A stretch of 64,000 nt of DNA from NCBI GenBank assembly GCA_965199955.1, contig CBDATQ010000001.1, forward strand, positions 832,001 to 896,000, read 5' to 3'. Positions within the stretch are counted from its first letter, which is position 1; the number at the start of each line of letters is the position of its first letter. The notes under the pieces are model-generated. The model was not told the DNA's origin. It did not search any database and saw only the letters and a list, made by a program, of their open reading frames with translations. Shown in pieces: positions 1-9,665 of this stretch. The stretch is from Spirochaetia bacterium. Lineage in GTDB: Bacteria; Spirochaetota; Spirochaetia; SZUA-6; Bin103. The translations under genes and the position numbers were made by a program.

Positions 1-2
1 GT

Positions 3-524
3 CCGCTCGGGTTCGTTGCGGAATGGAGCCTTTCGCGCTGGGAGACGGCGAAGCTCGCGGCCTGCCTGGAGAGGGTCGACGCGACATCCGATCGGTGTCC
101 TCGGCCGCTGGACAGAGGCGGCCTCGGTCGCGTCGCGGATCTCGATGAAGCCGCGTTCGGTGTTGCACGCGAACGGATGCTTGCGATGTTGGCCGCGCAA
201 TCGGACACGCGTGTCCGCAGGGACGGGGTCGGACGGGTAACCGGGTACGGCATGCTGCGGCCCGGCCAACGTGCGAATTACCTTGGACCCATGGTCGCTC
301 AGGATGAGTCGAGCGGCGTCGCGCTGGCTGACGACCTGCTGGGGAGCATTCAGGGTCGTCGCCTGTACTGGGACATTCCCGATGAGAATCACGCCGCAGT
401 CCGTGTGGCGGAGCGGTCCGGTATGCATCGCCAGCGCACCCTGACGCGGATGTGGCTCGGTGAAAACGCCCGTCCAGGGAGTCCGTCGGCCCAGTGGGCG
501 ATCGCCGCGCCGGAAATCGGCTGA
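3..524 (+). CDS. GNAT-family N-acetyltransferase, 5'-partial (YitH/HolE-like C-terminal domain)
   Basis: Frame of ORF 177..524 is open from base 3 (PLGFVAEWSL...DEAAFGVAR...GYGMLRPG...LGPMVA...RMWLG...APEIG), typical of tandem-GNAT proteins. Confidence 0.7.
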   Translation, partial: PLGFVAEWSLSRWETAKLAACLERVDATSDRCPRPLDRGGLGRVADLDEAAFGVARERMLAMLAAQSDTRVRRDGVGRVTGYGMLRPGQRANYLGPMVAQDESSGVALADDLLGSIQGRRLYWDIPDENHAAVRVAERSGMHRQRTLTRMWLGENARPGSPSAQWAIAAPEIG

Positions 525-530
525 CTCGCG

Positions 531-2147
531 ATGAGCACGGCGTACGACGGCATCATCCTGGGAACCGGGCACAACGCCCTGGTGCTGCAGGCCTACCTCT
601 CGCGCTGCGGGCTCAGGACGCTGTCGCTCGAACGATGGGACGAGCCCGGCGGAGGCCTGGCGACGATCGAGAACCCGCGCGTCGCCGGAGTGATGCATAA
701 TCCGCACTCGTTCTATCACCGCGCCCTGAACCGGATGCCGTGGTACGACGATCTGGAACTGGCGGCCCAGGGCGTCCGCTACCTCGAGCCGGAGCTGAAC
801 GTCGCTCTGCTCACCAACGAGGGGAGCAGCCTGCAGTGGTGGACGGATTTCGAGCGAACCCGGGCGTCATTCCACCAGTGGTCGCCCGCGGATGCGGACG
901 CGTTCGCCAAGCTGGTCGACGAGTTCCGGCCGATCGTCGAGCACATCCTGATCCCGGAGTCCCGGTCACCACCCCTGGAGCCGTCGCTGCGGCGGCGCCT
1001 GCTGAGCCAATCGCGCCTCGGCCGCCGCCTGCTGGAAGTGTCGGCGCTCTCTCCACTGGAATTCGTCACCTGGTGCTTCTCCCATGACGTGATCCGGGCA
1101 GGGCTGCTGTTCTTCAACGGATTGCGAGAGGTCGATCTGCGCATGAAGGGCTTCGGCCATTCGATTCCGGCGCTGCTGGCGTCCGCCGGCAAGGCCCAGA
1201 TGTGTGTCGGCGGATCGGTTCAGCTCGCTCGGGGCCTGGTAGCGGACATCGAAGCCCATGGAGGCGAGGTTCGGTGCGGCGTGAACATCCGGCGGCTGCA
1301 CGTCAGGCATGGCCGGGTCGGTGAGGTGGAGCTGGGGGACGGCGAGCGGTTGCAGGCGACCCGCTTCGTGGCCTCGGGCCTCAATCCGGGGCAGACGTTC
1401 CTGCAGCTTCTGGCGGAATCGGATGCCGGTCCCGCTCTCCGAAGCAGCGCGCGGGGGTTTCGCTACAACGTGATCGCGCCGCTGTTCGGCCTGCACCTGG
1501 CCCTTTCGGAACCGCCGGCGTACGCCGCCGCGGACGACGATCCGGAGTTGCGGAGCGCGTTCATGGTCATCCTCGGCCTGGAGCGATTCGGCCAGTTTCA
1601 GGAGATCGTCGACGCGCACGAACGGGGCCGGATTCCGCCGACCGTCGCCTGGGGGTCGTGCCACACGCGGTTCGACCCCACTCAAGCCGGATCGGGCACC
1701 CACGCGGCGTTTCTGTGGGAGAAGGTTCCGTACCACTTGGGCGGGAACGCGTCCAACTGGGACTCGCACCGTGACGAGCACGGCGAGCGGCTACTGCAGT
1801 TCTGGAGGCGCTTCGCACCGAACCTCGGTGAGGACGTGGTCCTGGACCGGTTTGCGCTCAGCCCGCTCGATACGGTTTCCCGTCTGCCGAACATGTCGCA
1901 CGGCGACCTGCTGGTCGGCTCGTTTGCCAACGACCAGGTCGGCTACAACCGTCCGTTTCCGGGAGCCGGCTGTTATCGGACGGCGCTGGACGGTCTGTAC
2001 CTGTGCGGCGGCTCCACGCATCCTGGAGGAAACGTGACCGGACTGTGCGGCTACAATGCCGCCTCCGTGATCGCTGCGGACCTCGGCATCAGGCGCTGGT
2101 GGAATCCGCCGGACCTGATGGCAGAGCTGGCCGCTCTGCGCGACTGA
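531..2147 (+). CDS. FAD-dependent oxidoreductase, phytoene dehydrogenase-like
   Basis: N-terminal Rossmann GTGHNAL; C-terminal YRTALDGLYLCGGSTHPGGNVTGLCGYNAA signature. Confidence 0.85.
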   Translation: MSTAYDGIILGTGHNALVLQAYLSRCGLRTLSLERWDEPGGGLATIENPRVAGVMHNPHSFYHRALNRMPWYDDLELAAQGVRYLEPELNVALLTNEGSSLQWWTDFERTRASFHQWSPADADAFAKLVDEFRPIVEHILIPESRSPPLEPSLRRRLLSQSRLGRRLLEVSALSPLEFVTWCFSHDVIRAGLLFFNGLREVDLRMKGFGHSIPALLASAGKAQMCVGGSVQLARGLVADIEAHGGEVRCGVNIRRLHVRHGRVGEVELGDGERLQATRFVASGLNPGQTFLQLLAESDAGPALRSSARGFRYNVIAPLFGLHLALSEPPAYAAADDDPELRSAFMVILGLERFGQFQEIVDAHERGRIPPTVAWGSCHTRFDPTQAGSGTHAAFLWEKVPYHLGGNASNWDSHRDEHGERLLQFWRRFAPNLGEDVVLDRFALSPLDTVSRLPNMSHGDLLVGSFANDQVGYNRPFPGAGCYRTALDGLYLCGGSTHPGGNVTGLCGYNAASVIAADLGIRRWWNPPDLMAELAALRD

Positions 2148-2229
2148 CCGGAAGCCGTCACGGCAGCTCCCAGAACGTGCCGGTGACGCCGCGCCACTGC
2201 GCATAGCTGGCAGGAACTCCTCGGCCATG

Positions 2230-3189
2230 TCAGCCGCCGGCCAGCTCGGCGGCGAGCTCGCGTGCCCGCTCCAGGGTGGTGCTGCGCTCCTCCAGCATGC
2301 GCCGCCGCACCGCGTCGCGCAGGTCCGCGTCGGCGTGGGTGGTCACGTACAGCGCGCGGCTTCCCACGACCGCGTCGATCTGCTGGGCCGTGCGCCTCAC
2401 CTCGGGTCCGCTGGTATGCGCCAGCCAGTTGGCGTAGGCGCCTTGCGGCTGGTAGCGGAAGTCGCAGGAAAGCCGCAGGCGATCCGAGGTGTTGGGGTTG
2501 CCCTTGTGCAGGGTCATGCTGGCGAAGACGATCAGGTCGCCCGGGCTGTAGGTGGTGGTGACCCACGCTTCGTCCGCCGAGGGCAGCTCGAACACCTGGT
2601 CCTTGGCGGTCTTCAGGGAGCTCGAAGCGGCCCCGATCTGCGCGCGCACCCCACCCCGGTGGGAACCCGGCACCACGGCCAAGCCGCCGAGCCGCTCGTC
2701 GATGTCGGTGAGCGGGACCCAGACCGTGCAGAAGTCCTGCGTCAGGTAGCCGAGCTGCGGGCTGCCGTCCTGGTGGGCGCCGACGCCGAGCGGCGCCGCG
2801 CCCTCCGGGTCGGGCGGGATGATGCGCAGCAGCCGCTGCTTCCACACCTGAACCGGACCGTCGTAGATCGCCTCCAGCACGGCGCGCACCTCGGGCGACT
2901 CCGCGAGCCGGTTGAAGGAGTCGAGCCGCACGGCTCGCTGGTAGTAGACCAGGTACTCCTCTTCGGTGGGCGGCGGCCCGCCGCTCCAGAGCGGCGGCGC
3001 GGTGGGGCTCTCCAGGATGTGGCAGTCGTGCAGGATGGCGATGAGGTCGTCGCGCACGCGCCGCACCAGGTCGCGGTCGAGCGCGCCGCGCAGCAGCAGG
3101 TAGCCGCGCTCGGCCAGCAGCGCCCGGAGGTGGGCCGGGTCGCCTGCCGCCGCGGTGGCGTCGAGCATCGGCGCCACCGCGGCGGCCAT
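2230..3189 (-). CDS. Phytanoyl-CoA dioxygenase (PhyH) family Fe(II)/2OG oxygenase
   Basis: GYLLLRG, HQD, WVPLTD, PGSH, LHKG..N.S..RLSCDFRY; ATG at 3189 overlaps upstream TGA (TGATG). Confidence 0.85.
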   Translation of the reverse strand: MAAAVAPMLDATAAAGDPAHLRALLAERGYLLLRGALDRDLVRRVRDDLIAILHDCHILESPTAPPLWSGGPPPTEEEYLVYYQRAVRLDSFNRLAESPEVRAVLEAIYDGPVQVWKQRLLRIIPPDPEGAAPLGVGAHQDGSPQLGYLTQDFCTVWVPLTDIDERLGGLAVVPGSHRGGVRAQIGAASSSLKTAKDQVFELPSADEAWVTTTYSPGDLIVFASMTLHKGNPNTSDRLRLSCDFRYQPQGAYANWLAHTSGPEVRRTAQQIDAVVGSRALYVTTHADADLRDAVRRRMLEERSTTLERARELAAELAGG

Positions 3190-3962
3190 CAGGTGCCCGC
3201 TTTTGCGCGAAACGCCTCGATGCCGACGCGAGCCGCGCTGGTGAGCAGCACGAAGTCCGGCCCGTACCCCAGGTAGGTAAGTCCGCGGTCGCGCCAGTGG
3301 GTGAGGTCTTCCGGCGTGGCGGAGCCGATCCCCAGGGCGACCCCGCTGGCCGCGCACACCTCGATCGCACGCTCCACGACCTTGTCCATCTCGGGGTGTG
3401 GCATCTCGAAGGGGCTCACGCCGTGGTTCAGGTACAGGTCCCAGAGGCCCAGGTACAGCGCGTCCACTCCGGGAACCGCCGTGATCTCCTCGAGGTCTTC
3501 CATCGCTTCCCGCGTCTCCAGCAGAAACGAGACCAGGATGTTGTCGTTGGCGCGCGCCAGGTAGTCCGGGTAGTCCAGGGTGTACTGCGACGCCCGCAGC
3601 GGGCCGAAGCCGCGGATCCCGTCGGGCGGATAGCGGGTCGCGCGCACGACCTCCCGCGCCTGCTCGGCCGAGCGCAGCAGCGGCACGATGATGCCCAGGG
3701 CGCCGATGTCCAGCGAGCGCTGGATGAACACCTGGTCGAAGCTGGGGATGCGGACGATCGGCACCGCGTCCGTGCCGTTCACCGCCATGAGCATGTGTTG
3801 GACCTCGGCCATGTCCAGCCCGTTGTGCTCCATCTCGATGACGATGAAGTCGAATCCGGAGTGGGCCATCTGCTCCGCGACGTTCGGGCTGCCCATGCCC
3901 AGGAAGCAGCCGACCGTCGCCTGGCCGGCCTTGAGTTTCTGTCTGACGTGATTGGTTTTCAT
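3189..3962 (-). CDS. HpcH/HpaI aldolase family protein
   Basis: GFDFIVIEMEH, PIVRIP, LDIGALG, RYPPDGIRGFG, LLET; start at MKTNHVRQKLKAG. Confidence 0.9.
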   Translation of the reverse strand: MKTNHVRQKLKAGQATVGCFLGMGSPNVAEQMAHSGFDFIVIEMEHNGLDMAEVQHMLMAVNGTDAVPIVRIPSFDQVFIQRSLDIGALGIIVPLLRSAEQAREVVRATRYPPDGIRGFGPLRASQYTLDYPDYLARANDNILVSFLLETREAMEDLEEITAVPGVDALYLGLWDLYLNHGVSPFEMPHPEMDKVVERAIEVCAASGVALGIGSATPEDLTHWRDRGLTYLGYGPDFVLLTSAARVGIEAFRAKAGT

Positions 3963-4099
3963 GGTGGCGTGGACCGGCGGCGCCGGCCGCCAGAGCATAG
4001 TCGGCGGCCGTGTTCCGGTCGAGCAGCGCCGGCCGTCCACCGTCGCGTCCCGGTCTCTGCCTTGCCAGCGTACCCCTTTCGGTCGATGGTAGGGGCAAG

Positions 4100-4900
4100 A
4101 TGGCGACCTATCCCGAACTGATCGACAAGGCCGTCGTAGTGACGGGCGCCGGCCGCGGCATCGGACTGGCGATCGCGCGGCGTTTCGTGACCGAGGGCGC
4201 GCGCGTGCTGCTGACCGACGTCGCGGAGGGCGACAGCGCCGAGGTGATCGCCCTGGCCGAGCAGCGCGGCACGCGCGCCGCGTATCAGCCGATGGACGTG
4301 ACCTCTTTGGAGCAGGTGGAGCAGGGCATCGCCCGCGCGGTGGAGCTGTTCGGGCGCCTGGACTGCATGGTCTGCAACGCCGGCATCTGCGAGGTGGCCC
4401 CCCTGGTGGAGGCGAACGAGGCGAGCTTCGACCGGCAGATGACGGTCAACGCCAAGGGCGCGTTTCTCACCGCCACGGCCGCCGCCCGGCAGATGCTCCG
4501 CCAAGGACACGGCGGCCGCATCATCGTCAACGCCAGCGGCGCGGGGAAGATGGCGCCGGGCAAGGAGGCGCCGCTCGGGGTGTACGCGATGAGCAAGCAT
4601 GCCGTGGTCGGCCTGACCCGCCAGTTGGGCGTGGAGCTTGCCGCCGACGGGATCCTGGTCAACTGCATCTGCGGCGGCATCGTCGACACCGAGATGTGGA
4701 ACGTGATCGACCGGGGCGTCACCGGCCCCAGCGGCGCGGAGCCGGGCTCGTTCAAGGCGGAGGCGGTCGCATCGGTGCCGATCGGGCGGATTCAGCGGCC
4801 CGAGGACATGGCCAACGTCGTGATCTACCTGGCCGGTGACGATTCCGACTACATCGCCGGGCAGACGCTGAACGTATCCGGAGGCCGGCTCCCCTACTGA
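4100..4900 (+). CDS. SDR family NAD(P)-dependent oxidoreductase
   Basis: TGAGRGIG, CNAG, YAMSK (YxxxK), GQTLNVSGG; start MATYPEL. Confidence 0.9.
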   Translation: MATYPELIDKAVVVTGAGRGIGLAIARRFVTEGARVLLTDVAEGDSAEVIALAEQRGTRAAYQPMDVTSLEQVEQGIARAVELFGRLDCMVCNAGICEVAPLVEANEASFDRQMTVNAKGAFLTATAAARQMLRQGHGGRIIVNASGAGKMAPGKEAPLGVYAMSKHAVVGLTRQLGVELAADGILVNCICGGIVDTEMWNVIDRGVTGPSGAEPGSFKAEAVASVPIGRIQRPEDMANVVIYLAGDDSDYIAGQTLNVSGGRLPY

Positions 4901-5145
4901 GCGTGAGCGCCTCGGCCTCTCTCGTACAACGCCGCCTTCAGCCGCCACCGCCGCGATCCTGGTGCTGGAGATCGACGTTGTCCCGCTCCGCATCATCCTG
5001 GCCCGACGATGCTGCCGGTGACCGCGGCAGGACGTGCTGTCCGGCCGTCGTTGCGGTGACGGCCATCGGCTACGCTGAACGCGCCCATGACGCCGATATT
5101 TATTATGAGGTACTTGCGGATAAATTGTGGGTGACGTAGTCAGAA

Positions 5146-5156
5146 TGGTCAGACCG
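5146..5156. promoter_or_regulatory. Possible GntR/FadR-type operator (TGGTCAGACC) upstream of the SDR-VOC genes
   Basis: Near-palindromic TGGTCAGACCG about 12 nt upstream of ATG 5168; resembles FadR-subfamily TGGT-N3-ACCA boxes. Confidence 0.35.
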
Positions 5157-5167
5157 ACTAACGAGGC

Positions 5168-5914
5168 ATGAAGCGGCTGGCGGGCAGGCGCGCGGTGGTC
5201 ACCGGAGCCGGCCGCGGGCTGGGGCTGGCAGTGGCCGAGCTGTTCGTGCGCGAGGGAGCCGCGGTCGTACTTGCCGACCGGGACGAAGGCTCCGCCACGG
5301 CAGCGGCGGAGCGGCTGGCGGCGGCTGGTGGCGAGGCGTCCGCCGTGCACGCGAACGTCACCTCGACGCGCCACGTGCAGGAACTGATGGACGCGGCGGT
5401 CGAGTTCATGGGCGGCCTGGACGTGCTGGTGAACAACGCCGGGATCTCCAGTGCCGGTACGGTCACCGAGGTGGACGAAGCGCACTGGGAGCGGGTGTTG
5501 GCGGTCAACCTCACCGCCTCCTATCTGTGCTCCCGGTATGCGGTCCCGCACATGGAGCGTTCCGGCGGCGGTTCGATCGTCTGCATCGCTTCGGCCTCCG
5601 GCGTGACCGGGCAGAAGGGTCAGGTCGCCTACAACGTGTCCAAGCACGGCGTCATCGGCCTGGTCCGCTGCATGGCGCTAGACCATGCCGACGCCGGCAT
5701 CCGGGTCAACGCCGTGTGCCCGGGAGTGATCAACACGCCGATGACGGACTCGCTCTCAGCCGAGCACCGCGCGAAGCTGGCGGGGTGGCATCCGCTCGGC
5801 CGCATTGCCGAGCCGGCGGAGGTGGCACGCACCGTGCTGCACCTGGCGTCCGACGAGTCGTCGTTGACCACCGGCGCGCTGTTCCTGGTCGACGGCGGTC
5901 TGACCGCGATGTAG
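5168..5914 (+). CDS. SDR family oxidoreductase
   Basis: TGAGRGLG, NNAG, YNVSK, VNAVCPG, VDGG. Confidence 0.92.
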   Translation: MKRLAGRRAVVTGAGRGLGLAVAELFVREGAAVVLADRDEGSATAAAERLAAAGGEASAVHANVTSTRHVQELMDAAVEFMGGLDVLVNNAGISSAGTVTEVDEAHWERVLAVNLTASYLCSRYAVPHMERSGGGSIVCIASASGVTGQKGQVAYNVSKHGVIGLVRCMALDHADAGIRVNAVCPGVINTPMTDSLSAEHRAKLAGWHPLGRIAEPAEVARTVLHLASDESSLTTGALFLVDGGLTAM

Positions 5915-5937
5915 AGCCGATCGGGTAGACTCGGCGC

Positions 5938-6387
5938 ATGAAGGTACGGACTTTCGACCACGTCGCGGTGACGGTCAGCGACACCAAACGGGCGCTGGAA
6001 TTCTACGTCGACAAGCTCGGGCTGCGGCTGATGGAGAACCACCAGCTCGAAGGCGACAAGATCGACGAGGCGAACGGTCTCCGGGGTGCGCGCGCCCAGT
6101 CCACGCGGCTGGCTGCGCCCGACAGCCCGGACATCCTGATCGACCTGCTGGAGTACTACACGCCGCCGATCGAACCGCACCAGCCGCCCATCGGGTCGGT
6201 CGGCTCCTGCCACTTCGCGCTGGTGGTCGACGACCTGCCGGGAGCAGTCGAGGAGCTCAGGGCGAAGGGCGTCCACTTCATCTCCGGTCCGGTCAATTTC
6301 GAGCTCACCGAGGGCTCGGTCAGCGTCTGCTTCTGCACCGATCCCGACGGCAACCACGTGGAGCTGATGGAGGCATACGAGCACTAA
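5938..6387 (+). CDS. VOC/glyoxalase family protein
   Basis: FDHVAVTVSD, HFALVVDD, DPDGNHVELME metal-ligand pattern. Confidence 0.9.
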   Translation: MKVRTFDHVAVTVSDTKRALEFYVDKLGLRLMENHQLEGDKIDEANGLRGARAQSTRLAAPDSPDILIDLLEYYTPPIEPHQPPIGSVGSCHFALVVDDLPGAVEELRAKGVHFISGPVNFELTEGSVSVCFCTDPDGNHVELMEAYEH

Positions 6388-7329
6388 GACCGAGGTGGAG
6401 CCGTCCGCCGGCGGGTCACCCGCGGGTCGGCGACGCCCGTGCGCATCAGCAGCCAAGCGAGCACGGCGAGGACCGCGCCGGCCACGAACACCGGGCGGGG
6501 TGGCCGCGAAGGCGTCGCTCACGCCGAACGCCTCTCGTCCGTACACGACGTAGAACGTCACTCCCAGCGCTCCCAGGATCATCAGCACCTGGCTGACCAG
6601 GAAGCGGGCGAAGTTGGCATCGCGCCGCAGCACGTCCGGCAACTCCCGGAGATAGGAGCCCAGGCGGGGGCGCGGACGGTCGGGCGGGCGCTCCGGCTCG
6701 CGGTTGAGGGTCAGGAACGTCCAGGAGATCGCCTGGCCCGCGAACGCGAGCAGGAAACAGATTCCGAACGACCGGGGAAAGGCGACTGTGTCCAGGATGT
6801 AGCGGGCCAGCAGCGCGCCGGCAGCGCCCATCAGCCCGCCGAACGAGCTGCCGAGCCCGAACATCAGCCCCTTGCGGTCGGCGTGGATGACGTTGGCCAG
6901 CATGGCGCGCCATGCCGGGCTGGCTACCCCGACGGCGCCCTGAGCCGCCAGCAGCATGGCGACCAGGAAGGCGTAGGAGAACCATGCCGGTGCCTCCGGC
7001 CACAGCAGGATGCCCAGCCCCAGGATCAGCCACGGCACCCGCTCGAAGACGCTGGCCTTCACCACCCACGGTTTCTTGCGGCCTAGCGCTTCCGCTCGCG
7101 CGGCCATGAAAAGCTGCGGCCCGTGTGACGCGACGACGTAGGCGGCCGGGATGAGGCCGATCAGGACCCGCGAGTCGGTCAGGTAGCTGGCGTACAGCGG
7201 CAGGATCGTGGAGATGAAGACGAAGCTGTCGGCCAGGTTGACGAACGACAGGTCGCCGACGTTGACCCGGAAGTTCCAGCCCTGGTCGCGGCGGATGGCC
7301 CTCCGGTACGCCTCGTCGTCGTACTGCAC
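6384..7329 (-). pseudogene. MFS transporter with internal deletion and frameshift near 6498
   Basis: MFS-like hydrophobic frame runs 7329->~6500 (..FGVSDAFAAT); final helix RPVFVAGAVLAVLAWLLMRTGVADPR..* follows in another frame ending at TAG 6384; intervening helices missing. Confidence 0.75.
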
Positions 7330-7352
7330 AGCGTGAACGTATCAGACCCTCT

Positions 7353-7511
7353 CTTGCCAAGCCGTTCGTGACGTTCGTCCCGTTCACGTTCGAGACCTGC
7401 AGTCTGATTCGGGTCGGTAGCCGCCGAACTCAGACGGGCGCGTCGCTGCTCACGTACCACGCTCACTTCGAGCGAGTCGCCGGCTTGTCGATGGCGTACC
7501 TCGGCGGCTGA
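7353..7511 (+). pseudogene. VapC/PIN toxin remnant (C-terminal part, frameshifted, internally deleted)
   Basis: Reads LAKPFVTFVPFTFETCSL / FGSVAAELRRA / TGASLLTYHAHFERVAGL..*; aligns to the intact VapC at 32917 (ELRAA...LLSDDSHFDHVAGV) minus the GTPIPxNDVWIA segment. Confidence 0.6.
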
Positions 7512-7566
7512 GCGACTGCTATCGTCCTTCCGCGCCTCGCTCTCGAACAGGTGAGGCGGCGCCTGG

Positions 7567-8382
7567 TCAATCTGCTCGTTCTCGAAGGCCGAGGACGTCG
7601 ACGTTCTTGTCCGAGGTCCCTTCCCGGGAAGTTCGCAGCATGGCGGTGAGGCCCCCGTCTATCAGGAACAGCGCGCCGGTGATGAACGACGCTTCGGCGG
7701 ACACCAGGTGCAGCACGGTCTGCGCCACTTCCGCCGGATCCGCGACGCGACCGAGTGGATTGCGCGCGGCCAGCTCCGCGCGCTGCTCGGAGCTGAGCTC
7801 CTGGAGCGCGGGCGTGTCCATCGCGCCCGGACACACCGCGTTGACGCGAATGCCGGCGTCGGCGTGGTCGAGCGCCATGCAGCGCACCAGGCCGACGAGA
7901 CCGTGCTTGGACACGTTATAGGCGACCTGATCCCTCTTGCCGACCACCCCGGACGAGGAAGAGACGCACACAATCGATCCGCCGCCGGCTCGCTCCATGT
8001 GCGGGATCGCGTAGCGTGAGCACAGGTAGGCACCGGTGAGGTTGACCCGCAGCACCCGGTTCCAGTGCGCCTCGTCCACCTCGGTCACGCTGCCGGCGCT
8101 GACGATCCCGGCGTTGTTCACCAGCACGTCCAGGCCGCCCAGGCGCTCGACCGCCGCGGCCATCAGGGCCTGCACGTCCGCGGCCGCGGCGATGTCCGCC
8201 CGCACCCCGATCGCCGTGCCGCCCGCGGTCTCGAGCCGGGTTGCCGCTGCCGTGATCGCGCCCTCGTCCAGGTCGGCCAGGACAACCGCCGCTCCCTCGT
8301 TCACGAACAGCTCGGCCACCGCCAGACCGAGCCCTCGCCCCGCGCCGGTGATAACCGCGCTTTTGCCCGCCAGGCGGCTCAT
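7567..8382 (-). CDS. SDR family oxidoreductase (close paralog of 5168..5914)
   Basis: MSRLAGKSAVITGAGRGLG, NNAG, YNVSK; CMALDHADAGIRVNAVCPG identical to the paralog. Confidence 0.9.
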   Translation of the reverse strand: MSRLAGKSAVITGAGRGLGLAVAELFVNEGAAVVLADLDEGAITAAATRLETAGGTAIGVRADIAAAADVQALMAAAVERLGGLDVLVNNAGIVSAGSVTEVDEAHWNRVLRVNLTGAYLCSRYAIPHMERAGGGSIVCVSSSSGVVGKRDQVAYNVSKHGLVGLVRCMALDHADAGIRVNAVCPGAMDTPALQELSSEQRAELAARNPLGRVADPAEVAQTVLHLVSAEASFITGALFLIDGGLTAMLRTSREGTSDKNVDVLGLRERAD

Positions 8383-8548
8383 TCCAGGCTGGTCTTCCGG
8401 TGCCCGCCAATCGCCCACGCCACCGCCTCCACTCCAGCACCATCTGCGCCGACGCCACGCGATTTGAAATGATCCACCTGCTCAACTCGTTTCAAGCTGC
8501 CATCGTCTATAACCGTCCGGATGGCTGGCGGCACGGCAACCCGCCCGC

Positions 8549-9661
8549 TCACTCCGGCAGATAGAGGTACAGGGCGTCGACTTCCGCGGGTCGTGGAGCG
8601 TTGTCCGCCAGCGCCCGGTACGGCTTGCTCACGATGCCGTACCGGCCGTCCAGCTCGATGGCCTGCGCTTCGTGGGTGCCGATGCCGGTGTCAATGACGA
8701 CCTGCTCCATCCGGCCCCCGCGGCTCAGAAAGAGCAGTTGGGCCGGTGGGTGCGGGAGGGTCCAGTCCCCGCGCCCCATCTCGCCCACGTACAGGTCCGG
8801 GCGTCCGTCACCATCGAAGTCGGCCACCTGCAGCGTGTGGGCGTCCAGCAGCCGGTCGTGCAGCACCTCGTCTTCCCACAGGTCCCCGACGTCCGCCCCC
8901 GGCCTGAGCAGCGCCAGGCGCCCGTAGGTTTGACCGATGTCGAGCGCCACCTCGGACAGCGCGATCTCCGGCCGCCCGTCACCGTCGAAATCGGCGGCGA
9001 CCACCCGCACGCCGCCGTAGTTGCGGGTGTAGACGTGCCGTTCCCACTGGCCGTTCGGCAGCAGGCGATACCAGGAACAGCCGGCGATGAGCTCCAGCCT
9101 GCCGTCGCCGTCCACGTCGGCGGCCGCGAGCCCCTGCTCGTCCACGCCGGTGACCACGGGCCGCGCGTCCGGCCACGGAGTCGCGTAGGGATCGTCGGGC
9201 AGCGGGACGCAGAAGAGCGTCTCGGCGTCCTGATTCCAGACGTACAGCTCCTGCCGGCCGTCACCGTCGATGTCCGCCAGCAGCAGGTCGTGGGTGCGTG
9301 GCGCGGGCAGCGGAAATGCCTCCCGGCGCACCCACCGCCGGGTCGGGTCGGCCGGGCACTCCCACCAATAGACGCTGCTGCCGCGATCGCTGGTGGCGCC
9401 GATCAGGTCCAGTCGGCCGCTGCCGGTCAGGTCGACCAGGGCGCCGCCGACGCTGATGCTCGGGAAGGTGTCGTCGATCAGGTGCGGCTTCCAGGCGCCG
9501 CCGTCCGTTCGACCGAACCAGTGGAGCTGCTCCGGGTTGCGGGTCGAGACGATGAACTCCTGCACACCGTCGCCGTCCAGGTCGCCGACGAGACACGACA
9601 TGCGCTCGGCGGGACCACCCTGATGGACGGTGTGGCGGCGGAACGCGGGCAATCCGGGCAT
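8549..9661 (-). CDS. FG-GAP/VCBS repeat beta-propeller protein
   Basis: Repeated D-x-D-G-D-G motifs (GDLDGDG, ADIDGDG, ADVDGDG, ADFDGDG x2); no obvious signal peptide. Confidence 0.85.
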   Translation of the reverse strand: MPGLPAFRRHTVHQGGPAERMSCLVGDLDGDGVQEFIVSTRNPEQLHWFGRTDGGAWKPHLIDDTFPSISVGGALVDLTGSGRLDLIGATSDRGSSVYWWECPADPTRRWVRREAFPLPAPRTHDLLLADIDGDGRQELYVWNQDAETLFCVPLPDDPYATPWPDARPVVTGVDEQGLAAADVDGDGRLELIAGCSWYRLLPNGQWERHVYTRNYGGVRVVAADFDGDGRPEIALSEVALDIGQTYGRLALLRPGADVGDLWEDEVLHDRLLDAHTLQVADFDGDGRPDLYVGEMGRGDWTLPHPPAQLLFLSRGGRMEQVVIDTGIGTHEAQAIELDGRYGIVSKPYRALADNAPRPAEVDALYLYLPE

Positions 9662-9665
9662 CCGG

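Noticed and set aside
4903..5139. 78-aa ORF between the two SDRs
   Set aside because: No recognisable family and inconsistent codon bias; may be another gene scrap but could not be identified
5629..7329. 566-aa MFS ORF as a single intact protein
   Set aside because: After ~6500 it reads antisense through VOC and SDR; the true MFS C-terminus is in another frame
8549..9661. Repeated GACGGCGACGG-type motifs as a DNA repeat array or CRISPR
   Set aside because: They encode FG-GAP DxDGDG protein repeats; no constant repeat-spacer structure
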